Shown piece by piece: positions 7,490-15,213 of a stretch of DNA of 36,524 nt (position 1 is its first letter; each line of letters starts with the position of its first letter). The notes under the pieces were generated by a model. That model searched no databases and was not told where the DNA came from. It saw nothing but the letters and a program-made list of their open reading frames with translations. Location: positions 1 to 36,524 of the forward strand of contig CAYIHW010000002.1 in assembly GCA_964363335.1 (NCBI GenBank), given 5' to 3'. The translations under genes and the position numbers were made by a program. Source of the DNA: an uncultured Candidatus Saccharibacteria bacterium. GTDB taxonomy: Bacteria; Patescibacteriota; Doudnabacteria; UBA920.

Positions 7490-8023
7490 ATGGGAAAGTA
7501 CACTAATGTTGACAGACTCTCAAAAAAAGAACAGGATGAGCTGTTTTTAGATTTTGTCAGATCCATTTCTTCTTTGCGCAGCAGTATTGAGGCTGCTAAT
7601 TATATTAAGGATCTATTGTCGGAGTCTGAAGTTTTGATGCTGGCCAGGAGACTTCAGATAGCAAGACTGCTTAACGCGGGAAATACATACGAGCAAGTTA
7701 ACAAAATTACCAAAGCCAGCTATACCACCGTTGCCAAAGTACATTGGTGGTTAAAACTTTATGGTGATGGTTATCGCACGGTTCTAAAACGAGCCAAAAA
7801 CGAGCCAAAAGAGGAGAATTTGGAATGGAAGCAGTTGAAACGCAAGTACCCAATGTATTTTTGGCCCCAGATATTATTAAACGAAATAGTAAAATCAGCA
7901 ACTCATAAAGAAAAGAAAAGGTTGGATAGCGTAATTCGGCAATTGAAAGACAAATCGAGATTAAGTAAAGAGCTTGAGAAAATTTTGAGACAAGATTTTA
8001 ATAATAGCCAAATACTACAATAA
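7490..8023 (+). CDS. YerC/YecD-family TrpR-like DNA-binding protein
   Basis: ELFLDFVRSI...EAANYIKDLLSESEVLMLARRLQIARLL..GNTYEQV.K.TKASYTTVAKV matches the Trp-repressor-like YerC/YecD pattern. Length 177 aa. Confidence 0.85.
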   Translation: MGKYTNVDRLSKKEQDELFLDFVRSISSLRSSIEAANYIKDLLSESEVLMLARRLQIARLLNAGNTYEQVNKITKASYTTVAKVHWWLKLYGDGYRTVLKRAKNEPKEENLEWKQLKRKYPMYFWPQILLNEIVKSATHKEKKRLDSVIRQLKDKSRLSKELEKILRQDFNNSQILQ

Positions 8024-8039
8024 TATGTATTATTGTAGT
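8014..8039. promoter_or_regulatory. operator-like 26-bp palindrome, copy 2 (ACTACAATAATA-TG-TATTATTGTAGT)
   Basis: Perfect 12-bp arms with a 2-nt spacer. It spans the yerC-like stop codon (8021-8023) and ends just before the glycerate kinase start. It could also act as an AU-rich terminator hairpin. Confidence 0.5.
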
Positions 8040-8053
8040 ATTTGGCGTTTGAG

Positions 8054-9376
8054 AAAATGATTCAAGTTATAAAAAATTTCCAACAATTAGCAACTTCGGC
8101 GTTAAGGAAGCAGGCGCTTTTAATTGCCGAGGAGGGGTTTGAAGCGATTAATACAAAGAAGGCCGTGGAGAAGAATTTTTTGTATGAGCCAAAAAAGCAA
8201 CAATTAATAATTTTTAATCAAAAGTTCGCGCTCGGCCAGTTTAAAAGAATAGTCTGTATTGGGTTTGGTAAGGCGGCGCTGGAAGCTGTAACCGCCATTC
8301 AACAGATTTTAAAAGATAAAATCACTTGTGGCTACGTGCTGGATTTAAAAGAAGGATCTTTAGGCAACATTGTTTGCCGCGTTGGCACGCATCCGCTTCC
8401 CACCAAGGTTAACATTGAAGCCACCGAAGAACTGGTGGCTATGTTAGAGGCTTGCGGGGAGGAAGATTTGGTAATTTGCGTGGTTTCTGGTGGCGGGAGC
8501 GCTTTGCTGTGCCGGCCGCACGATATGACTTGCGAAACAGAAAGCGCCCTAACGTCCGCGCTAATGGTTAAAGGCGCCGGCATCCAAGAATTGAATACCG
8601 TACGCAAGCATATTAGTTCGGTAAAGGGGGGTAATTTGGCAAAAATAATTTATCCGGCCACGTGTATTTCGTTAATTTTTTCCGATGTTCCCGGGGATGA
8701 TATTTCCATGGTGGCTTCCGGCCCCACGGTGAAGGACGCCACTACCAACCGCGATGCCGCGGAAATTTTGCAAAAGTATGATGTGCTGGCAATGTGCGAG
8801 TTGCCGAGTTGCAAGCTGTTAGAAACGCCGAAAGAAGAAAAATACTTTAAAAATATCCATAATATTTTATTTGTCTCGGCCAAGCAGGCTCTTACTGCCA
8901 TGAGCGAGCGGGCGGAAGAGTTAGGTTTTACGGTAAAAATATTTTCTCCTGCCTACCAGGGAGAAGCGGGGAAACTAGCCAAAGAAATAATCAGCGAGTC
9001 AAAAAAAGGCCAATGCCTGCTGGGCGCGGGGGAAAGCACGGTAAAAATTAAGGCACCCGTTCGGCTTGGCTCAGGGCGCCTTTCAGGCGAAGGTAAAGGC
9101 GGACGAAACCAGGAAATGGCTTTAGCGGCGTTATCAATCATCCAAGACAATCAAGTATTACTCTGCCTGGCGTCTGACGGGCGGGACAATACCGAGGCGG
9201 CCGGCGCAGTGGCCGATGCCAGTGTGGCGGCCAGAGCCAAAGTTTTGAACCTGGAGCCGGAAAAGTTTTTAGCCAATAACGACAGCTTTACTTTTTTTGA
9301 GAGCCTTGGCGAAAGCATAATTACCGGCCCCACCGGGGCGAATGTTTCCGATTTTTTTGTCATGCTCCAGCAGTAA
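8054..9376 (+). CDS. glycerate 2-kinase (DUF4147/MOFRL family)
   Basis: GFGKAA, VSGGGSALL, KHISSVKGGNLA, SDVPGDD..ASGPT, GGRNQEMALAA, ASDGRDNT.AAGA and TGPTGANVSDF are the conserved blocks of MOFRL-type glycerate kinase / hydroxypyruvate reductase-like proteins. I used the ATG at 8054; a TTG at 8042 is an alternative start. Confidence 0.85.
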   Translation, partial: KMIQVIKNFQQLATSALRKQALLIAEEGFEAINTKKAVEKNFLYEPKKQQLIIFNQKFALGQFKRIVCIGFGKAALEAVTAIQQILKDKITCGYVLDLKEGSLGNIVCRVGTHPLPTKVNIEATEELVAMLEACGEEDLVICVVSGGGSALLCRPHDMTCETESALTSALMVKGAGIQELNTVRKHISSVKGGNLAKIIYPATCISLIFSDVPGDDISMVASGPTVKDATTNRDAAEILQKYDVLAMCELPSCKLLETPKEEKYFKNIHNILFVSAKQALTAMSERAEELGFTVKIFSPAYQGEAGKLAKEIISESKKGQCLLGAGESTVKIKAPVRLGSGRLSGEGKGGRNQEMALAALSIIQDNQVLLCLASDGRDNTEAAGAVADASVAARAKVLNLEPEKFLANNDSFTFFESLGESIITGPTGANVSDFFVMLQQ

Positions 9377-9383
9377 CTATTCG

Positions 9384-9392
9384 TGATATAAT
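9384..9392 (+). promoter_or_regulatory. extended -10 promoter (TGaTATAAT)
   Basis: TG-n-TATAAT begins 8 nt after the glycerate kinase stop. The predicted transcription start is near 9399. Confidence 0.5.
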
Positions 9393-9398
9393 GAAATA

Positions 9399-9612
9399 GA
9401 TTTCCGCTAAAGCTTTGCTGCGGGGTGTGTCCTGTGTCCATCCCGACCGACGAGTGCCTCCGAGGGGTGGAGGGATCTGTTAAAGTAATAGATTCCTCGA
9501 CTCGTCCTCAGATGCATTCGGACTCGTTCGGAATGGAACACTGTAGTGCTGTGATACCTCGGAGATCTGCTTCGGGGAGATTCATTTAAAATATAAATTA
9601 AAATCAAACCTC
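9399..9612 (+). promoter_or_regulatory. structured about 210-nt 5' leader (candidate riboswitch/attenuator, unassigned)
   Basis: Helix GACGAGT (9449-9455) with ACTCGTC (9500-9506) encloses two hairpins: CCTC-CGA-GGGG, and GAGGGATCT (9470-9478) with AGATTCCTC (9490-9498). A second ACTCGT (9522-9527) offers an alternative partner. A terminal 8-bp hairpin pairs 9557-9564 with 9570-9577. Confidence 0.4.
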
Positions 9613-10611
9613 ATGAAAATTGTATTTATTGAAACAGAAAATTGGGAACAGGAATATTTAACCGCCAAATTTACCGGTCACGAGCTGGTGTTTAGAAACC
9701 GCCCGGAAATTTTGCCCGAAGACGAAGACGCGGAAGTTCTGTGCGCTTTTTTGGGCTGTCCCATTGACAGTGCGGTAATCAACAGAATGAAAAATTTAAA
9801 ATACGCGGCTACCCGCAGTACCGGCTATGACCATATTGATTTAAAGGCCTGCGCGGAAAAAAACATCAGCGTATCCAATGTGCCAACTTACGGAGAAAAT
9901 ACCGTAGCAGAATTTACTTTTGCTTTGCTTCTCGCGCTGGCCAGAAAAATGTATCAAGGCATTAAGCAGGTGAAAGACCGGGCCTCGTTTGACACCAAAG
10001 AACTTCAGGGATTCGATTTAAAAGATAAGACTATCGGTATTGTCGGCGTTGGACATATTGGCATCTACGTGGTAAAAATTGCCAAAGGTTTTGGTATGAA
10101 AGTCCTCGCATATGACCCTCATCCTAAAGCGGAATTTGCCAAAGAGTATGGGTTTGAATATTCTGAATTAAATAATTTATTTGCCCAATCCGACGTAATA
10201 ACTTTACATGTGCCGTATATGCCGGCCACGCATCATTTGATCAATAAAGAAAATTTAAAAACTTTTAAAAAAGGCAGTGTGCTCATTAACACTGCCCGTG
10301 GCGGTTTGGTGGAGACCGAAGCTCTAGTTTGGGCCCTAAAGGAAGGGATTTTGGCTGGAGCGGGACTGGATGTTCTGGAAGAAGAAGGGTTTATTAAAGA
10401 AGAATTGCATACTATGCTTAGTGGCCACCCAAATCAAGATCAGTTAAAAATCGCCCTTTCGGACCACGAACTTATGCATATGGAAAATGTGTTAATCACC
10501 CCGCACAATGCTTTTAACAGCAAGGAAGCGGTTATGCGAATTTTGGACACCACAGCGCAAAATATTACCGGTTTTATTAACAATCAACCGACTAATTTAG
10601 TAAAGTTATAA
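9613..10611 (+). CDS. D-isomer-specific 2-hydroxyacid dehydrogenase (NAD-binding)
   Basis: GIVGVGHIGIYVVKIAKGFGMKVLAYDP is the Rossmann GxGxxG motif. INTARGGLV and TPHNAFNS are the catalytic Arg and His blocks of the family. Length 332 aa. Confidence 0.9.
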   Translation: MKIVFIETENWEQEYLTAKFTGHELVFRNRPEILPEDEDAEVLCAFLGCPIDSAVINRMKNLKYAATRSTGYDHIDLKACAEKNISVSNVPTYGENTVAEFTFALLLALARKMYQGIKQVKDRASFDTKELQGFDLKDKTIGIVGVGHIGIYVVKIAKGFGMKVLAYDPHPKAEFAKEYGFEYSELNNLFAQSDVITLHVPYMPATHHLINKENLKTFKKGSVLINTARGGLVETEALVWALKEGILAGAGLDVLEEEGFIKEELHTMLSGHPNQDQLKIALSDHELMHMENVLITPHNAFNSKEAVMRILDTTAQNITGFINNQPTNLVKL

Positions 10612-10628
10612 CCATCAATTTTCATCAA

Positions 10629-11921
10629 GTGGAAAATATTTTTAGCAAAACATTGTCCGGCGGAAATAATTTGTCAATGCTAAAAACCTGCAAGTTGGCG
10701 GTTATTATTCCAATTTTTGACGAAACTCCGGGAATGCTTTTGCGTCCTTTGCAGTCGCTAGTCAGGCAAAAAGGCGTGGAGTTTCAGGATTTTGAAGCGG
10801 TTTTCGCGATAAATAATGCAAAAGCGGATGCTGTAAATAAGTCTCCCGCTTTTTTTGCTAATCAACAGACAATAAAAATTTTAAATTATTTAAGCGGTCA
10901 AAGTTCAGTAGCTTTTCCAATTGAGGCGGAAAAGTTTCGGGTAGACTTGGAAGAAATTAGGGATAGCGGCCTGCAAATAAGGGTTATAGACAAAAGCACG
11001 GAGGCAAAAGCGGAAATTCAAAATACCGTTGGTCTGGCGCGAAACTTTGCCGGCAATGAAGTATGCAGAAGTTTTTTAACCCAAACCGCAGTTAAAGAAA
11101 ACGGCATCCTTGTGTCCACCGATTGCGACTGCCGGTTTTCGGAAAATTATGTTTCCGGCATTATTAATAGTTTTGCCAATTATCAATTAATCAGCTTGTC
11201 CGGCAGTTTGGAATTAGAGGCTGATCCCGCTCAAACTTTTGGAAGTGATGTTTTAACTGCCACTAAGTTGCATTTAAATTGGCATTTAATTAAACCGGCC
11301 GGCGCGCAAATTTCCTTTTATAGTCAAGATGACGGTGAAAAGCTAAACAGACTGGCTACCGTGAATATAGCGGTAACAGTAAAGGCTTGGCTGGCGGCCG
11401 GCGGGGTGCCGAGTATGCATAGTCTGGAGGATTTATTTTTTTGTAAAAAAATTTTCGGGTTGCCGGGGAATTTCGCCAAGTCCCCGGAATTTTCCGTCTC
11501 CATTTTAAATCGCATTTCCCATAGGGCCGGCGCTTTAAGTTTGGGCCGGCGGGTTGGGGTAATAAATTTGGCAGTGGAAGAATATAGAAAAGGAAATAAT
11601 CAAAAAATGTTGGTGCCGGATATTTTGTGGCTATCACGGTTTTATTTAATGCTGACTCGTGCCATTGAGTTAAAAAGTTTAAACGCGGAATTGCTGAAAT
11701 GGCTAATGGAGGAGAATCATTTTAAAAACTTGGGTGATATCAAAGTAAGAGAGTTAGAGTTTGTCGCGGGTTTAATTCAAAGTATTAGCCGCAAGTCCAA
11801 AACACCGGATTATGTGGGAATAGAGAACATTTTTGTTAAGCATTTGTTTGCTTTTTTGCCCCAAAAAGATATTGCCGAGGAATTTAACAACCCCAGCGGG
11901 CGTATATTGGACAAAGTTTAA
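10629..11921 (+). CDS. glycosyltransferase family 2-like protein (divergent)
   Basis: The N-terminal LAVIIPIFDE......LQSLVRQ pattern and a later STDCDCRF (DxD-like) motif resemble GT2 folds, but the rest is unrecognised. The track start is a GTG; an ATG at 10677 is an alternative. Confidence 0.5.
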   Translation: MENIFSKTLSGGNNLSMLKTCKLAVIIPIFDETPGMLLRPLQSLVRQKGVEFQDFEAVFAINNAKADAVNKSPAFFANQQTIKILNYLSGQSSVAFPIEAEKFRVDLEEIRDSGLQIRVIDKSTEAKAEIQNTVGLARNFAGNEVCRSFLTQTAVKENGILVSTDCDCRFSENYVSGIINSFANYQLISLSGSLELEADPAQTFGSDVLTATKLHLNWHLIKPAGAQISFYSQDDGEKLNRLATVNIAVTVKAWLAAGGVPSMHSLEDLFFCKKIFGLPGNFAKSPEFSVSILNRISHRAGALSLGRRVGVINLAVEEYRKGNNQKMLVPDILWLSRFYLMLTRAIELKSLNAELLKWLMEENHFKNLGDIKVRELEFVAGLIQSISRKSKTPDYVGIENIFVKHLFAFLPQKDIAEEFNNPSGRILDKV

Positions 11922-11977
11922 AAAAAATGATTTAATTAATGTGAGATAGATACTTTTCAGAAATCAAAAATAGTCCT

Positions 11978-14900
11978 ATGGTTATGGGCAAAACAAAGAA
12001 AAAACTTATGAAAAAGGTGGTCATAAAAAGAATTAAACGTACAAAGCCAAAACTTAGCACAAAGGCTAAGGTTTTGGCGGGTTTGGGCTTGGGGACAACT
12101 TTGGCCGGGTTTGGCGCGGGCGGCACGGGTGGAAAGGCGACCAATATCAAGCCAATGGTCAGGGTACAGACCCAAAATAAAGATTCTAAAACCGGTAAAA
12201 TAAAAAAACTTTTAACGGATACTTTTGGCGTTCCGGAAGCTAAAGCTTGGTATACAGACGGAAGCGCGGCCAGTAATCCATTTTATGGACTCGGAGGCGG
12301 GTATTGGAGTGGCGGCGGAAGCAGTGGCGGCGGAGGTGGGGTAGGTTATGGCGCCGGCGGAGGATATGTTAGCCCGTTGTCTTTTACCACAGAGACAATG
12401 ACGCCAAATTATAATAACTTTGCGTCTAATGCTTTGAGAAACTTGGAGGGTCAAGCGTCGGCTCAAAGTCAGACACAAAACCAAGGTGGACAAACCGGTT
12501 CCGGAGAAGCGGGTCCAGAAGGCTCTGCGTTGCCCACCAGTGGACAAAAGGAAAGTTTAGGCGAAGGTTCCGGGGAAGGATATTTTCCTCGGGTGCCGAC
12601 AGCCCCGGTGCCTTGGATAATTCAACAGCAGATGAATGAAATATACAACGCCCCGGCTCCGGCATTGGTGGCGCAAATTGCTAACGGTACGCAAATTTAT
12701 AATAATAACGGCAACTATCAAGATTATAACGGCAACCCTTACCTTTGGAGCGATACTCAAAAAACCTATGTGCCGGGAGCGGCGGTAGAAGAGCCTAATA
12801 TTCCGGTTGCCATAAATAATGTGCCGAATGTCAGCTTGCCATCGTACGTGTTAGGTATTCCGGTAACACCAGCCGCGGAAAAGCCAACGGCAACCCCGGA
12901 CGGGTTTCCTATTAAAGAATGGAATGGAAATGTGGTGACAGATGAAGTGGGTAAAACTTGGCTTTGGGATGGGCAAAATTTAAATCAGCAACCGGAAAAT
13001 ATTGATTCAAGCGGGGGAATAAAAATCGCTGCCGATGGCTCAACTCCGCTTACCCAGGTAAATGGTACATGGTATAATTTACAAACTAATACCCTATATG
13101 ATGAGCAGGGATACCCTAAAGTTGCGGAACAACCGGTAATAATAAATCCGATAACCATAACTCCATCAATGGCTTACGGCGGCGCAGGTACATGGGATGA
13201 AGTGGTGGCTTGGTCCGGCGGAACTGCCGGAGCGAGTTATGTTGTTGTAGCAGGAAAAGTTTATACCCGCCAGCAGTGGGAAAGCGGACTAGTGCCAGGA
13301 CAGCAAGGTCCGGTTATATCAACAGTTACGCCGGAAACTCCGTTTATAAATGTGATTACAGATGCCACACCGGTGGAATACGCGCCGGCGGTTTATGATG
13401 CCTGGGGGAAAAGGACGGATAATCTGCAAACGGACGGATCAACGAGCCGGAGTCCCGGCATAAGTATTGGCACCTCCGTGACACCTAAGTCGGCGGACAG
13501 CACTTCCGGCACAAGAGTTGACGTGGTTAATCAAGCAGGACTTGGTAATTTTGTCCCTAAAGGTTTAGAAAATATCACTGCCACGCCCGGAGGATCGCCG
13601 ATTGTTGAATGGAAAGATGGCTACGCGATTGCCGCTAATGGCGAAACTTGGCGAGCCGATAGACTGGCCGAAGCTTATGGAATGGATTATGAAAGCGTGG
13701 TTCGGCCACTTTTCATAGCTATTGACAATGCCAAACAATTGGTAAAAGGCATACCAGACTCCAGCAGTTACAATGTCTTTAGGATTAATCAGGATGACGA
13801 TGGAAAAGCCCCCACAGGTGATTATGCTATGAGCTCCAGTATTTTTTTGGATGGCAGAATGACTTTCATAAGCGGAACTGATGATGGCGGTTATTTGGTC
13901 AGACGGGGAGAAAATGACCCCAACCCTAAATATTACACAGCCGAGGAATGGTATAAAACAGTGGTTGGTCAAATAGGCCGGGAGGGTAAACCAGAAAGGG
14001 ATATTTTTACCAGAGACATGGTGTTTGGAAAGGTTTTGGAAGGGTATGATTTGAATTTAAAAAATGGAACTATAATGCAAGTCCAACCGCAGACCGACGG
14101 GACGTTTAAAGTTAGATTTCCCGGCGAAGCGGGGCAAGTCCAAACTTTGAGTTATCAAGATTATTTAAATTTACTTATAAATGAAGCAGGCAACGGCAAA
14201 TATGCTTATAATAAATCCCCAGATGTTCTTCCAACAGGAGTTGTTCAGGAATTTCTTACACCAAACGGGCAAAGGGCTTTGGTAACCAGGACCGGCGACA
14301 ATTCTTATACAGTAGTGGTAAATCCCCAAACCGCTGAACAGCAAAAAACCGCAAATTTGTCTATAGATGAAGTAAAAAGTTTGGTTTCCATTCCGGAGCA
14401 TGTGTATGTTACTTTGCCGTCTGTGCCGGTTGGGGTTTATCAAAACAACGGTAATCAAACTGGTAATATTGCCCAAGACAGTACCAGTAGCGCCAGTCGC
14501 GGTTTGGTCAGTAATGCGCAACAAAATGCTACCAGCCCTTCAATACAAGAGCAATTGGCTAAATATCAAAACAAACAGGTGGACCCTGTTTATTCTGAGG
14601 TCAGTGCAACTTTAAATTTTACCCCGCTGATTTTAGCGGACGGCACAAAAGTTACTACCACAAATGGGGTAGATTATAAAGACGCGGGTGGAAATTCTTA
14701 TTTTTACGTAGGCGTACAGGGGCAGGATTTAATGAAATATGATTCTAAGGCAAGAGAATTTGTTAGTGTTAGTGCCGTTAATCCTAATAGCTCGTTAATA
14801 AATCAAGTCCAAAGTAGAATTACCGATTTACAAGATAAGGCTAGTAGCGGAATTAGTGCCGGAATTGGAGCAATTACAGATAAAATTAGGGGAGATAAGG

Positions 14901-15196
14901 CTGATAATTTAAATTTAGATTCTTCCAAATTAAAAACCTTTAGCAGGCTTGCAGTAATGGGTGGGGCTTCTATGGTCGCAGGTCCGGCTGGGGGAATGGT
15001 GGCAGGGGTTATCTCCGGCTCGCCAGTGAATTGGGACAGGCTGGTAGATTGGGCAACAGACCCGAAAAACATCGGCCGCCCCGGTACGGTTACTTGGACC
15101 GATCCAAACACTAAAGAAAAACTTTCTATATCAAAAAGTGATGTCCAGGCCGCTCTCGCGGTAATCCAAGCCAATGGTAATAATATTAACCCCTAA
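11978..15196 (+). CDS. giant secreted or surface protein (1072 aa), function unknown
   Basis: Uninterrupted 1072-aa ORF with a Lys-rich N-terminus, then the hydrophobic LAGLGLGTTLAGFG segment, then Gly-rich and Q/N/T-rich regions. Its N-terminal roughly 90 aa are homologous to those of the next gene. Confidence 0.8.
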   Translation: MVMGKTKKKLMKKVVIKRIKRTKPKLSTKAKVLAGLGLGTTLAGFGAGGTGGKATNIKPMVRVQTQNKDSKTGKIKKLLTDTFGVPEAKAWYTDGSAASNPFYGLGGGYWSGGGSSGGGGGVGYGAGGGYVSPLSFTTETMTPNYNNFASNALRNLEGQASAQSQTQNQGGQTGSGEAGPEGSALPTSGQKESLGEGSGEGYFPRVPTAPVPWIIQQQMNEIYNAPAPALVAQIANGTQIYNNNGNYQDYNGNPYLWSDTQKTYVPGAAVEEPNIPVAINNVPNVSLPSYVLGIPVTPAAEKPTATPDGFPIKEWNGNVVTDEVGKTWLWDGQNLNQQPENIDSSGGIKIAADGSTPLTQVNGTWYNLQTNTLYDEQGYPKVAEQPVIINPITITPSMAYGGAGTWDEVVAWSGGTAGASYVVVAGKVYTRQQWESGLVPGQQGPVISTVTPETPFINVITDATPVEYAPAVYDAWGKRTDNLQTDGSTSRSPGISIGTSVTPKSADSTSGTRVDVVNQAGLGNFVPKGLENITATPGGSPIVEWKDGYAIAANGETWRADRLAEAYGMDYESVVRPLFIAIDNAKQLVKGIPDSSSYNVFRINQDDDGKAPTGDYAMSSSIFLDGRMTFISGTDDGGYLVRRGENDPNPKYYTAEEWYKTVVGQIGREGKPERDIFTRDMVFGKVLEGYDLNLKNGTIMQVQPQTDGTFKVRFPGEAGQVQTLSYQDYLNLLINEAGNGKYAYNKSPDVLPTGVVQEFLTPNGQRALVTRTGDNSYTVVVNPQTAEQQKTANLSIDEVKSLVSIPEHVYVTLPSVPVGVYQNNGNQTGNIAQDSTSSASRGLVSNAQQNATSPSIQEQLAKYQNKQVDPVYSEVSATLNFTPLILADGTKVTTTNGVDYKDAGGNSYFYVGVQGQDLMKYDSKAREFVSVSAVNPNSSLINQVQSRITDLQDKASSGISAGIGAITDKIRGDKADNLNLDSSKLKTFSRLAVMGGASMVAGPAGGMVAGVISGSPVNWDRLVDWATDPKNIGRPGTVTWTDPNTKEKLSISKSDVQAALAVIQANGNNINP

Positions 15197-15213
15197 TAAA
15201 TTAAAATGGGTTT

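Noticed and set aside
8014-8039. Interpreting the perfect palindrome purely as the yerC terminator
   Set aside because: This is not fully rejected. However, the stem is entirely A/T-rich with no proper U-tract, and a 22/26 matching copy sits on the yerC promoter. The operator interpretation is therefore favoured.
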